Assembly (NCBI GenBank): GCA_028716705.1
Contig: JAQUPI010000004.1
Coordinates: 656 to 64,655 of the forward strand
Source of the DNA: Candidatus Omnitrophota bacterium
GTDB lineage: Bacteria; Omnitrophota; Gorgyraeia; Gygaellales; Profunditerraquicolaceae
Direction: 5' to 3'
Length of the DNA stretch: 64,000 bases
Position 1 is the stretch's first letter; each line of letters opens with the position of its first letter. Shown here piece after piece: positions 45,730-55,129 of the stretch. The notes beneath the pieces were generated by a model. That model searched no databases. It worked only from the letters and a program-made list of their open reading frames with translations, and had not been told where the DNA came from. A program made the translations under genes and the position numbers.

Positions 45730-46547
45730 GGGGAAGGGAAAAAAACGTCTACCGCTGATCCTGATTGCGGATCTTTATTGGTATCGCCTCTTAATTCTTC
45801 TTCGATTATCCTTTTGAATTCTTCGAACGGATATACTCCGATGACGAGACGGCCGTTTATGAAAAAAGAAGGCGTGCCTTCTATGCCAAATTTACCCGCA
45901 TCCTTTATATCGGCGTCTACCGCCTCTTTAATAAGCGGATCAGCCTGGCATTCCTCGAATGCCTTTAGGTCCAAACCCAGCTCCGAGGCGTATGTTTTTA
46001 TAGCGTCTTTTTGCAGAGAATCATTCAGGATAAGCTTGTCGGCCATCTGCCAGTATTTATCCTGCTTACCCGCGCACCTTGCGGCTATTGCCGCGGGTTT
46101 AGCTAAGTCATGGAAACCCAGGGGAAAATCGCGATAAGCGAATTTTACCTTCCCCGTGGAAATATATTCCCTTTCTATATCAGGAAATATATCATTATAG
46201 AACCTCTTGGAAAAAGGGCATTGGAAGTCGCTGAATTCTACCATCAATACAGGCGCGCCGGCATTCCCCTTTATGGGATTCGCGCCCGCCAAAACTCCTT
46301 CCACCCGCTTACTGCCGGCCGGTGGAGGCGCGTTTACCGCCTGGCCGGTCCCCGCCGGAGCGGTCGCGTCATTAATGGTTTTTTTTAACAACGCCAACTC
46401 CGAAAGAATTTTGTCTGAAGCGGCATCCTGGCTTGCCTTGATACTTTCACCGATTATCCTGGCAGACAGCACCATGCTTAACCCTAAAATAGCCGAGATA
46501 AAGATCATCGCGGAAATTAACAACGAGATTCGCAAAGAATCCTTCAT
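45726..46547 (-). CDS. DsbA-family thiol-disulfide oxidoreductase
   Basis: N-terminal TM anchor, CPFS active-site motif (FSDFQCPFSKRF) and thioredoxin fold. Confidence 0.7.
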   Translation of the reverse strand: MKDSLRISLLISAMIFISAILGLSMVLSARIIGESIKASQDAASDKILSELALLKKTINDATAPAGTGQAVNAPPPAGSKRVEGVLAGANPIKGNAGAPVLMVEFSDFQCPFSKRFYNDIFPDIEREYISTGKVKFAYRDFPLGFHDLAKPAAIAARCAGKQDKYWQMADKLILNDSLQKDAIKTYASELGLDLKAFEECQADPLIKEAVDADIKDAGKFGIEGTPSFFINGRLVIGVYPFEEFKRIIEEELRGDTNKDPQSGSAVDVFFPSP

Positions 46548-46632
46548 GAGCCCTCCTATAAAAATAAATTATAACATATTTTTTTGAAAAGGAAATTTTT
46601 AATACAAGGGGCTCCGGAGGGGTATATCGCTT

Positions 46633-48390
46633 TTAACCCGGAGAAGACTGATTGTGCGCGCAGCAAATAACTTTCGAATTGTCGTAAGTTCCGGCGGTGC
46701 AGCCATTGAAACCCCAGCGGGCGTTACCATAAGCGGCTGCGTGGCAGTTAGATGAATGGCAGCCGTTCGGGATCTGATTGCACCCGGGGTAAGATATAGT
46801 ATCGCAATTGCCGCAGTATACTCCCGGCAATGTATTACCCCCAAGCTGGTTCTTTACTTGCGCGCAGTTATGGCCGGCTATGCTCGGCACCTCCGCGTAA
46901 TAACCGCAGGTATGCCAACGGGTGTAATCGCTGCTGGCATCGCATGACTGGACAAGCCTGCAATCTTCTCCGCTTGCCGAAGTATGGGGCTTTACACACC
47001 AGCACAAGCATGTACCTAGATCGTAACTAGCTACGTAAGTGGCATCATAAGAAGTAGTGATGGTCATACCGACCACTGTCCCGCAGCTTGACGGCTTGCT
47101 CTTTCCGTCGCAATAGGCCTGGCACGCGGAGTAAGTGTATCTGCGCGAATATCCTGCCGGCTGGTCATCTTGCGCGAGCTGATTATCAAGATTGGTTTGA
47201 TACCATAAATTTGTCTGTTTCACTTGCGCGCCGCTGTTTACCGTGATAGAACCCGTGCCGACGGTGATGCTTTTGCCCGTATTCCAGGCGAAAGTGGAGC
47301 CGCTCGAAAGGTTCAGGTTGTAGCCGGAAAGATTAACATCACCGTTGTCTACGCCGTCTACGCCTGAGGGGCAGGACGTGGCGCTGCTCAAAGTCACATC
47401 TCCGCCGTAAGCGATGGTCGGTGAACAACGGACATTCATGGTTATTATGACCTGACCATTTCCGGTTTGCACTCCGGATGAGTTACTTTGGCTGCTTCCA
47501 TTATTATAGGAACCGCCGCCGCCGCCGTAACTGGAGTGGCTTGACCAGTAACCCGCGCTGCCTCCTCCGGAATATCCTCCGCCTGCTCCTGGGCCGCTCA
47601 ATTGCCCTCCTCCACCACCGCCGAAGCCGCCGAAATTTAAAGCGGTGTAACAGGAATTACCAGTTCCTCCGGTGCCTCCGTTTGTAAAACTTAATCCTCC
47701 GTATGCCAATACGCAATGCGTGCCGCCGTTAGCTCCATTGCCTGTCAAACCGCCTCCCGCGCCTCCCTGGTAAGCTCCACCCGTGCTTCCTCCTGCTCCT
47801 CCCGTTCCGCCGGCTGCGGTAGTATAACAGGTAGAACCTATTCCAGAAGTACCGGTTTGCCCGTCAGCATTGGAGGCGGTACGGGTACAGCTAGTGCCAT
47901 AAGTGGTTGACGGCCCTCCTCCGCCTCCTCCGGCGACAATTAAAGGAGTATTATTAGTATAAGTAACAAAAGTGCCGCCGCCGCCGCCGTTCTCATTGCC
48001 ATGGGCGCCGCCGTTACTGCCGCCGGCTTGCCCGACAAGGATCTTAAGTTGCGTTCCGGATGACAATGAAAAATCTCCGCGCATCCTGGCGCCTTTACCT
48101 CCGGCTAAAGAAGCGCCGCTTCCGCTTCCTCCCTGAGCGCCCCAGGCTTCAATTGTGTAAAGCCCGGTAGTAGGCACCGTCCAATATTGAATTCCGCTGG
48201 TCACGGTTACCGAAGGGCTGCCCCCATAAGCAGTGTTACATTGCGCCTGCGAAGGGCCGGAAACACCCGTCGCTCCACAAGGCGTAAAGGTATATTGCGC
48301 TGCCCAAGCGTGAGACGTTCCGGTTAAAAAGAAGAACAAACCGCTTAATACAGTCAAGAATGATCGAACGTAGATCCTTTTTTCTCTCAT
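46633..48390 (-). CDS. secreted glycine-rich-domain protein (ALK-like Gly-rich family) with Cys-rich C-terminal region
   Basis: Signal peptide, then YTFTPCGATGVSGPSQAQC...GIQYWTVPTTGLYTIEAWGAQGG and long poly-Gly tracts. The C-terminal third has more than 25 Cys. The start is set at MREKRIY; the ORF extends to 48456. Confidence 0.6.
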   Translation of the reverse strand: MREKRIYVRSFLTVLSGLFFFLTGTSHAWAAQYTFTPCGATGVSGPSQAQCNTAYGGSPSVTVTSGIQYWTVPTTGLYTIEAWGAQGGSGSGASLAGGKGARMRGDFSLSSGTQLKILVGQAGGSNGGAHGNENGGGGGTFVTYTNNTPLIVAGGGGGGPSTTYGTSCTRTASNADGQTGTSGIGSTCYTTAAGGTGGAGGSTGGAYQGGAGGGLTGNGANGGTHCVLAYGGLSFTNGGTGGTGNSCYTALNFGGFGGGGGGQLSGPGAGGGYSGGGSAGYWSSHSSYGGGGGSYNNGSSQSNSSGVQTGNGQVIITMNVRCSPTIAYGGDVTLSSATSCPSGVDGVDNGDVNLSGYNLNLSSGSTFAWNTGKSITVGTGSITVNSGAQVKQTNLWYQTNLDNQLAQDDQPAGYSRRYTYSACQAYCDGKSKPSSCGTVVGMTITTSYDATYVASYDLGTCLCWCVKPHTSASGEDCRLVQSCDASSDYTRWHTCGYYAEVPSIAGHNCAQVKNQLGGNTLPGVYCGNCDTISYPGCNQIPNGCHSSNCHAAAYGNARWGFNGCTAGTYDNSKVICCAHNQSSPG

Positions 48391-48407
48391 CTTTTTATTC
48401 GAAGCTG

Positions 48408-51400
48408 TTATCTTACTTTTAGCCCCCCTTGCGTGCCTCCGTAAGTATTCGGCCACGCGGCGTGATCAAATCTCGGCGCTGTAAACCTGAAAGAAACCTC
48501 TCCTTCTTTGTCACTGTGGATAATAAGCTTTTTGTTGGCGATATCTTTTTCATACCAGATATTACCGTTAAAGCTGGGCGTCAATATTATAACCAGATTC
48601 TCCCAGTCATTACCGAACTCGGTTATATTACCGAACAGCCACAGGTCGCTGCCTTTGGCGGACCCGTCAAAATCGATCACCGCTTTTATAGATCCGGCCG
48701 CATTTTCCAGCCTGATTATTCCGGTGGCCTCTTCCTTTATCCCGATCATGCCCGCCATATATGTGGCGAACTTCTCGCCCGCGATGTCATATATCGGGTC
48801 GACCGTGCCGACGTCCAGTTTCCCGGTTCCGCCGCCGATACTGGCGTTACCAGCCGTTATTAGCGGGCCGTCAAAGTAGGCGGTCGCGTCAACTTCCAAG
48901 TTACCCTGTACGAACAGGTCAGGAGAACCGCTGGCATGGCCGGGACTTATCGCGCCTATCCTTACGTCATCAACCACATCTAGTTTGTATCCTGGATTCG
49001 TTGTGCTGATGCCGACGTTGCCGTTTGTATCGATGACCAAACGAGGGGTTGCAATTCCCACATTTTGGATTCCAAAGTATCCAGCTGAAAAATCTGTTCC
49101 GACACTCCTGACAAGCTGGTAGTCGTTCGAGCCGAAGTTCCCGATACGAATCGCGACGTTCCCAGAAGTCTGCGCTACATGCAATTCCTCCTGAGGGTTC
49201 GTCGTGCCGATGCCGACGTTGCCGGAAGCGACGGTCATCACGCCCGTCCCGCCCGTCGCAAAGCCGATCTTGTCTTCGGCAATCCTGTACATGCCCGTGT
49301 TACCATCGCTGGTATATGAATATGTCGGGGAGGAAGCAGAACTATCCGAAGCCCGGATATAACCATCTACCAGCAAAGTAGAAGCGAATCTGCCGTTACC
49401 ATTAACTTCCAGTTTATAAACCGGATCAGACTTCCCTATGCCGACGTTACCGCTATTCATAGCCAGATTCACGCCTTGATAGAATTCTGAATAATAACGG
49501 CCGATAATGCTCCCTCCTGAATCCAGACCTCCGGTTTTAATACCGCCGTTCACGTGCAGCTTGGCTTCCGGACTGGCTGTACCTATACCGACGTTGCTCG
49601 AAGGTAAAAGGTTTATGTGACCGGCGCCGGAGGTTATTTCCAACCCCTGGCTGAAACCGCTTGAAGAACCGATCCTTCCTTTTTCGGAGTTAACCAGATG
49701 CGAGGTATTCGCCGCAGAGATAAACACATTGTCTCCGGCGTTATTTTCCGCCCAGACACTCGCCGTATTATTATCGCCTATGCTTGTAACTTTTGCCCTG
49801 ATATATGCTGTCTGCGTATCTTGCACATCAAGTTTGTAAGAGGCAAGGGTTGTCCCAATACCGACGCTGCCAGTGTTCATAGATATATCGCCTGTGCCCG
49901 TCCAGGAGTCGTTCGTTGAATCGTATGCTCCGGATGTTTCCGTACCCAGGGTCACGCAGGTAGTGCACTGCACATTTTCCACAACCGCACTTCCGGTCGT
50001 ATAATTCACATCTCCGTGATCAACGTTTGCCAAGGCGGCAAGAGAGACCTCGTCGGTGTCCGGGACGTCATCATCGATGCCATCCGCATCAAAGTAGCCG
50101 GTGTCGCAGTTTCCGTCGCCGTCTAAGTAGGTGGATGAGCCGTTGCAAATGGTTGAGGCGTTGGTGTCGGTATCTACGGGCCAGGTAGTACGGGTCGTGC
50201 CGCCCAAACGGATACCTGTACCGCCCACATCCAGGCTGGCCAGCGGAGCTGTCGTACCGACGCCAAGGTTGCCAGAACTTATTATAAGATTGCTAGCAGG
50301 AGTAATGGTAATGTTCCCAGAATTATTAGAAATGGTTGAGGTTGTTCCGCCGATATCGAGTTTTGCTGTAGGGTTGGTTGTCCCGATTCCGACGGTACCA
50401 TCATTTCTTAAGAAAAGCACCGATGAAAGTGTGCCGCCGGTATTTGAGGTAAAGAAGTTAAAGTTACCTGTTTTATTATTCGCGCCCGTGACTTCCATCT
50501 TTGCTATGGTATTAAGCGCGGAGGCTCCTCTATCATAGAAACCAAACGTAGACTTTCCTGCTCCCTGGCTGTCCAAGGTTGACTCTAAAACTGAATTATA
50601 CCCTCCGCCGGCATTCCCGTGGTATAAAGTCAATACTCTTGCTGTGTAACCACCCTGATTAATAATATTATTCCCTATGCCGACGTTACCTGAAGTAGTA
50701 TAAATATCGCCTGTGCCTGTCCAGGCGTCATCCGTTGAATCATAGGCTCCGGTGGTTTCGGTTCCCAGGGTTACGCAGCTTGTGCATTGTACGTTCTCTA
50801 CCACAGCGCTTCCGGTCGTGTAATTCACATCTCCGTGGTCAACGTTCGCCAGCGCGGCGAGAGATACCTCATCGGTATCGGGAACGTCGTCATCAACGCC
50901 TCCTATATTATGGAAATCATTTGTGGCTGCGGACTGGATATTGGCCAAGGTTGTGGGCCAGTTGGAGTTGTAGCTCTGGCCGTCGACAGTATCAGCGTTT
51001 AGGTTGGTAACTACGGTGGTGGATGATACAGCCAGAGGGGCGGTCCCTGTGCCGAGAGTCGAGATGAGCTGATTATTGGTGCGGATGGCACCTCCAACCA
51101 CATCAAACGTAACTCCGGGGGACGTAGTTCCGATCCCAACGTTACCGCCTTTCGGATTCAGCGCCAGCGGGAAAACAGCGTCATCGGATGGCCTGAAAGC
51201 TTGCATCCAAACCGCGTATGATCCACTTGACTTTGACCCGCCGAATAAATAAACATCACTTCCGCCCAATCTATAGGCAGCTTCAGTAGATGATATAGTA
51301 TCGCTTCTGGCTTTTTCTACATACAGCGTATTTCCTGGAGTTCCACCGACTCCCAGGTATCCGCTGACAATCGTCCTTCCCGAACCGTTCGGATCTATGG

Positions 51401-54400
51401 AAAGATCCTCGTTAGTATCATAAGTTGTAATCGCGGCCGCTCCGCCATAACCGAAGAGCGCTCTTTTAAAATACAAATCTCCGCCGTTGTAAATCAATAA
51501 ATCCCAGTTGCCGGTATTAAGTGCGTCGACGCCCCAACCCGAAGTATTAACATTGCCGAATTTATCGGTTGCCGATCCGGTGCTATAGTACATCCCGCTG
51601 GTTCTCGTATCGCCGCTCACATCCAGCTTATATCCCGGATTCGTTATGCCGATGCCGACGTTACCTGAGCCCGATATAGAATACAGGTTGCCATTGTTGA
51701 TGGAAATATTATCCGGGACTTCTCCGTCGGAATCAGGCGCATCATCGTCGCTGCCGTCCGCGTCAAGGTAGCCGGTATCGCAGTTACCGTCTCCGTCCAG
51801 GTAAGTAGTGCTGCCGTTACAGATCGTTGAGGCGTTGGTATCAGTGTCTGTCGGCCAGGTTGTGCGAGTCACCCCTCCTAAACGGATACCCGTGCCTCCT
51901 ACTTCCAGGCTGGCCAGCGGAGCTGTCGTACCGATACCGACGTTGCCGATCTCGGTTATGCGCATTCTTTCCTGATGTGAATTTCCCGATAAATGTGTTT
52001 CAAAACCAATATATTCGCTGTCGCCGTTAACGCCAAGTAGCAGCGCTCCACCTCCTGATACTCCCAGCTGATAAATATTATTTAAAGGCGTACCCCAGGA
52101 GAGCCTGCTTGTTGTTTGAGGCATTGAAAGTTGCGTTGCAGGAGCCGTTGTCCCGATGCCGACATTGCCAGCCCCGATGGAAAAATAAGCATTGCCAGTA
52201 CCAAGTTCAAGATCATGCCGGGTTGTTCCGCCGCCCCTGAATTCATAACTATTCTGATAGGTACCGGAATCCGCCGTATTCCAGTAAATCCCCCAGTTAC
52301 CCTGGCTTAACACGTAATTGCTTGGGCTGTCCGGATAAAGGACTGAATTGACATTGCAGCTCGCGTCTCCGCTGCACGCGTTGGCATTTGCCGCGGTTCC
52401 ACCCGTAGTAAGATAATTTGAGGCGGTAATAGTATCAGGTATATCGTTATCAACCAGCGCCCTGAATGCCGGGGCGGCCGCGGCGCCTGAAGACGGGCCG
52501 GCGTAAACAAGGTTGGCGTTTTGATTTGCTTTGGAAAAAGTCAATGTGCCGCTTGTAGTAACAGGCGAACCGCTGACTGTGAATTCCGCGGGGGCAGATA
52601 AGCCTACGCTGGTTACTGTCCCAAGGCCGGTTTCTCCGTTAAATGCGACAGAATTTAACGCCCTTGTGCTCAAGTTCCCGCTTCCGTCGGTCATTACCGC
52701 TGTAGTTTGGCTGCCTGAACTTAAACCGACAATAGACAGCTTCGATAAAGGATTGGTAGTGCCGATGCCGACGTTGCCTGTGATGGCGGCCAAATAGGTA
52801 TGGCCTCTTGTCTGGAAAGACGGATGCGTACCGACGGTCTGTCCATCATCGAATCTGGCGGACTCATACCAGGTAGAGGTATTTTGCGACTCAACGATTA
52901 GAGGGATCCCGCCTCCGGTATCGCTTTTATACATCCTGGTCCCCCACTGCTGGCTAAGATCATACGTAGGAGTGAAAAATGCCAAACCGGTGACGTTGGA
53001 ACTTGAGGCGATCTGTAACCTGTGTTTGGGCGCGGTCGTCGCTATACCCACGTTGCTGCCCTCTAAAACTATCGCGTTACCGTCATATAAACTCAAATAA
53101 CCCGCATCCATTTCCCGGATATACGTATTTCCTCCTGTCCAGGTTATCCCTTCGTTGGTATCAGCAAAGGCAATGGAATCAGGGCCGGTGATCGCCCGGT
53201 TGTTCATCTGTAAACCTGTGCCGCAGCAGGTTTCCGCGATCAATAAAGTCGCGCCTCCAACCCTTAAGTTTCCGTTTACGTCTAACTTATAGCCTGCTGT
53301 GGGGCTGTTTGTGCCGACGCCGACGTTACCGCCATTTAGCGCAAAATGAGCGCTGCCGTCATCTAACGCGATCCTTGATGTCACCGCGCTGGCATTGTTA
53401 AATTCTATATAATCGGGAGAGCCTTCATTGTAATTTATCCCCCAAGTAGTTGAAGCAAGGTAATCACCGGAAGGCGAGAAGACCTTGCCGTCCGGAGCGC
53501 CTGTTGCCGCCGGGACTATTCCTGTGGGAAATATTCCGTAACCTGTTGATTTGATATTACCGCTGACATCCAGTTTTTGTGCCGGATTGGTAGTGCCGAT
53601 GCCGATATTGCCATTTGCGTCGGAAAGCCGCATGACATTAGAATCATTTACCTGAATATCTATGCCGGCGGTCGCCGGTTGAATATCCAGAAAGTCCCCG
53701 CCGCCTGCGTCATTTTTGACGCGGAAAGCGGCATTTTCCACACCATGAACAAGTAAGCCCGTGTACCCTGTGTTAACTATATCCAGATTAGCAATGGGGC
53801 TGGATGTACCGACGCCGACGTTGCCGTCGCTCTTGACCCAAACCCCTTCATTTCCGCCGTCATTGGATAACCAGTACCCGCTCATCCTGAGATTTTGAGT
53901 GGCGATATGGTTGCCTAAATTATCCGCTCCTGTCGGCCAGCTGGAAAGTGTCGTGCCTCCCAGGCGTATGCTCCCTGAACCCATATCCAGCGACGCGATA
54001 GGATTAGTCGTGCCGATACCGACATTGCCGTTGATTGCTAATTTAGCGACCCCGGCATTACCGTATCCTATACCGACGTTACCTGAAGGATTTACAACAA
54101 TTAGTTGCGAAGACCCGGTAAGAGCATCATTTACACTGTTAAACTCTAATAATCCATCGATGACGTCAATCGCAAAATTCTTCTTATCCACAGCAGCATT
54201 GCTGTCAGTTAATTGAAGCCTAGCTCGCGTTCCGGCTTCAACCACCATAATTCCATAATTATCCTTTTTAACGTGCGTTCCCAGCCAATCTGAATAGCTG
54301 CCTCCGCCTCCGATGCTTTGTAACGGAGTTGTTGTCCCGATGCCGACGTTGCCGGAGGTCGTATAAACATTTCCCGTTCCTGTCCACGCGTCGTCCGAAG

Positions 54401-55040
54401 TATCCTTGGCAGCCGTCTCGCCTGTACCCCAAGTAAATCCCAAAGTGCCCGAGCTTGTCAGATGATTCTTTGGAACAGATGTATCGTCGGTGATAAACCC
54501 GGAGTTATTGTTTAAAAGCGAGATATTTTCACCTTCGAGCATAACTGTGGAAGGCAGATCTCCCGTTCCCAGGCTTGACACGGAAATTGTCCCATCGCCG
54601 CCTGAAGTTTTAACAAAACCATCGGAGGTAAGGCCGGAGAACCTTATTGTTCCGGTTGCCTGCAAGTTATCGTCGACATAGACCTTTCCCGTGCCCCGGC
54701 CCTGCAGCGTAAGATCCAGGTTTTGGCCTACCGCGCCGCTTATAATTGTCAGGGCTTTATTCGAATAGATCTGGCTGGACACGGAATTTGACAAATATAG
54801 GTCATGGCCGATATTTGCGTCACCGGCCCCCGAAACCTCGAGCGACGTTGAACGGATATCGCCGGCCACATCCAGGGTTTTCGCGGGCGCAGTGGTGCCG
54901 ATACCTACATTATCCGTAAATACGCTGTCTAAGGCAAACGCCGGAGGCGGCGCTCCGATATCCGGAAAGAAGATGAATGAATACAGCAAGGCAAAAATAG
55001 CGGTTACTTTAACGGTCATTCCAGCTTTGGTTTTACGCAT
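48408..55040 (-). CDS. giant secreted beta-strand repeat protein (about 2210 aa) with about 20 GNVGIGTTxP(x)KLDV repeats
   Basis: GGAGG RBS 7 nt upstream of the ATG at 55040, with signal peptide MRKTKAGMTVKVTAIFALLYSFIFF. The periodic motif GNVGIGTTNP...LDV recurs throughout, and there are Asp-rich segments (DGDGNCDTGY, DDDVPDTDE). Confidence 0.8.
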   Translation of the reverse strand: MRKTKAGMTVKVTAIFALLYSFIFFPDIGAPPPAFALDSVFTDNVGIGTTAPAKTLDVAGDIRSTSLEVSGAGDANIGHDLYLSNSVSSQIYSNKALTIISGAVGQNLDLTLQGRGTGKVYVDDNLQATGTIRFSGLTSDGFVKTSGGDGTISVSSLGTGDLPSTVMLEGENISLLNNNSGFITDDTSVPKNHLTSSGTLGFTWGTGETAAKDTSDDAWTGTGNVYTTSGNVGIGTTTPLQSIGGGGSYSDWLGTHVKKDNYGIMVVEAGTRARLQLTDSNAAVDKKNFAIDVIDGLLEFNSVNDALTGSSQLIVVNPSGNVGIGYGNAGVAKLAINGNVGIGTTNPIASLDMGSGSIRLGGTTLSSWPTGADNLGNHIATQNLRMSGYWLSNDGGNEGVWVKSDGNVGVGTSSPIANLDIVNTGYTGLLVHGVENAAFRVKNDAGGGDFLDIQPATAGIDIQVNDSNVMRLSDANGNIGIGTTNPAQKLDVSGNIKSTGYGIFPTGIVPAATGAPDGKVFSPSGDYLASTTWGINYNEGSPDYIEFNNASAVTSRIALDDGSAHFALNGGNVGVGTNSPTAGYKLDVNGNLRVGGATLLIAETCCGTGLQMNNRAITGPDSIAFADTNEGITWTGGNTYIREMDAGYLSLYDGNAIVLEGSNVGIATTAPKHRLQIASSSNVTGLAFFTPTYDLSQQWGTRMYKSDTGGGIPLIVESQNTSTWYESARFDDGQTVGTHPSFQTRGHTYLAAITGNVGIGTTNPLSKLSIVGLSSGSQTTAVMTDGSGNLSTRALNSVAFNGETGLGTVTSVGLSAPAEFTVSGSPVTTSGTLTFSKANQNANLVYAGPSSGAAAAPAFRALVDNDIPDTITASNYLTTGGTAANANACSGDASCNVNSVLYPDSPSNYVLSQGNWGIYWNTADSGTYQNSYEFRGGGTTRHDLELGTGNAYFSIGAGNVGIGTTAPATQLSMPQTTSRLSWGTPLNNIYQLGVSGGGALLLGVNGDSEYIGFETHLSGNSHQERMRITEIGNVGIGTTAPLASLEVGGTGIRLGGVTRTTWPTDTDTNASTICNGSTTYLDGDGNCDTGYLDADGSDDDAPDSDGEVPDNISINNGNLYSISGSGNVGIGITNPGYKLDVSGDTRTSGMYYSTGSATDKFGNVNTSGWGVDALNTGNWDLLIYNGGDLYFKRALFGYGGAAAITTYDTNEDLSIDPNGSGRTIVSGYLGVGGTPGNTLYVEKARSDTISSTEAAYRLGGSDVYLFGGSKSSGSYAVWMQAFRPSDDAVFPLALNPKGGNVGIGTTSPGVTFDVVGGAIRTNNQLISTLGTGTAPLAVSSTTVVTNLNADTVDGQSYNSNWPTTLANIQSAATNDFHNIGGVDDDVPDTDEVSLAALANVDHGDVNYTTGSAVVENVQCTSCVTLGTETTGAYDSTDDAWTGTGDIYTTSGNVGIGNNIINQGGYTARVLTLYHGNAGGGYNSVLESTLDSQGAGKSTFGFYDRGASALNTIAKMEVTGANNKTGNFNFFTSNTGGTLSSVLFLRNDGTVGIGTTNPTAKLDIGGTTSTISNNSGNITITPASNLIISSGNLGVGTTAPLASLDVGGTGIRLGGTTRTTWPVDTDTNASTICNGSSTYLDGDGNCDTGYFDADGIDDDVPDTDEVSLAALANVDHGDVNYTTGSAVVENVQCTTCVTLGTETSGAYDSTNDSWTGTGDISMNTGSVGIGTTLASYKLDVQDTQTAYIRAKVTSIGDNNTASVWAENNAGDNVFISAANTSHLVNSEKGRIGSSSGFSQGLEITSGAGHINLLPSSNVGIGTASPEAKLHVNGGIKTGGLDSGGSIIGRYYSEFYQGVNLAMNSGNVGIGKSDPVYKLEVNGNGRFASTLLVDGYIRASDSSASSPTYSYTSDGNTGMYRIAEDKIGFATGGTGVMTVASGNVGIGTTNPQEELHVAQTSGNVAIRIGNFGSNDYQLVRSVGTDFSAGYFGIQNVGIATPRLVIDTNGNVGISTTNPGYKLDVVDDVRIGAISPGHASGSPDLFVQGNLEVDATAYFDGPLITAGNASIGGGTGKLDVGTVDPIYDIAGEKFATYMAGMIGIKEEATGIIRLENAAGSIKAVIDFDGSAKGSDLWLFGNITEFGNDWENLVIILTPSFNGNIWYEKDIANKKLIIHSDKEGEVSFRFTAPRFDHAAWPNTYGGTQGGLKVR

Positions 55041-55129
55041 TTCATTCCTCCTTATTTTGATGATGCCCAAAAAAGTTTTATTTATATTTTTGATAATATC
55101 AGAAAATAAAGACGTGATAAGATTTTGCA

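Noticed and set aside
47478-48000. Possible CRISPR-like or short tandem DNA repeats in the Gly-rich gene
   Set aside because: The periodicity comes from GGN/GCC codon runs encoding poly-Gly inside a CDS. There are no spacer-repeat units of constant length, so it is not a CRISPR array.
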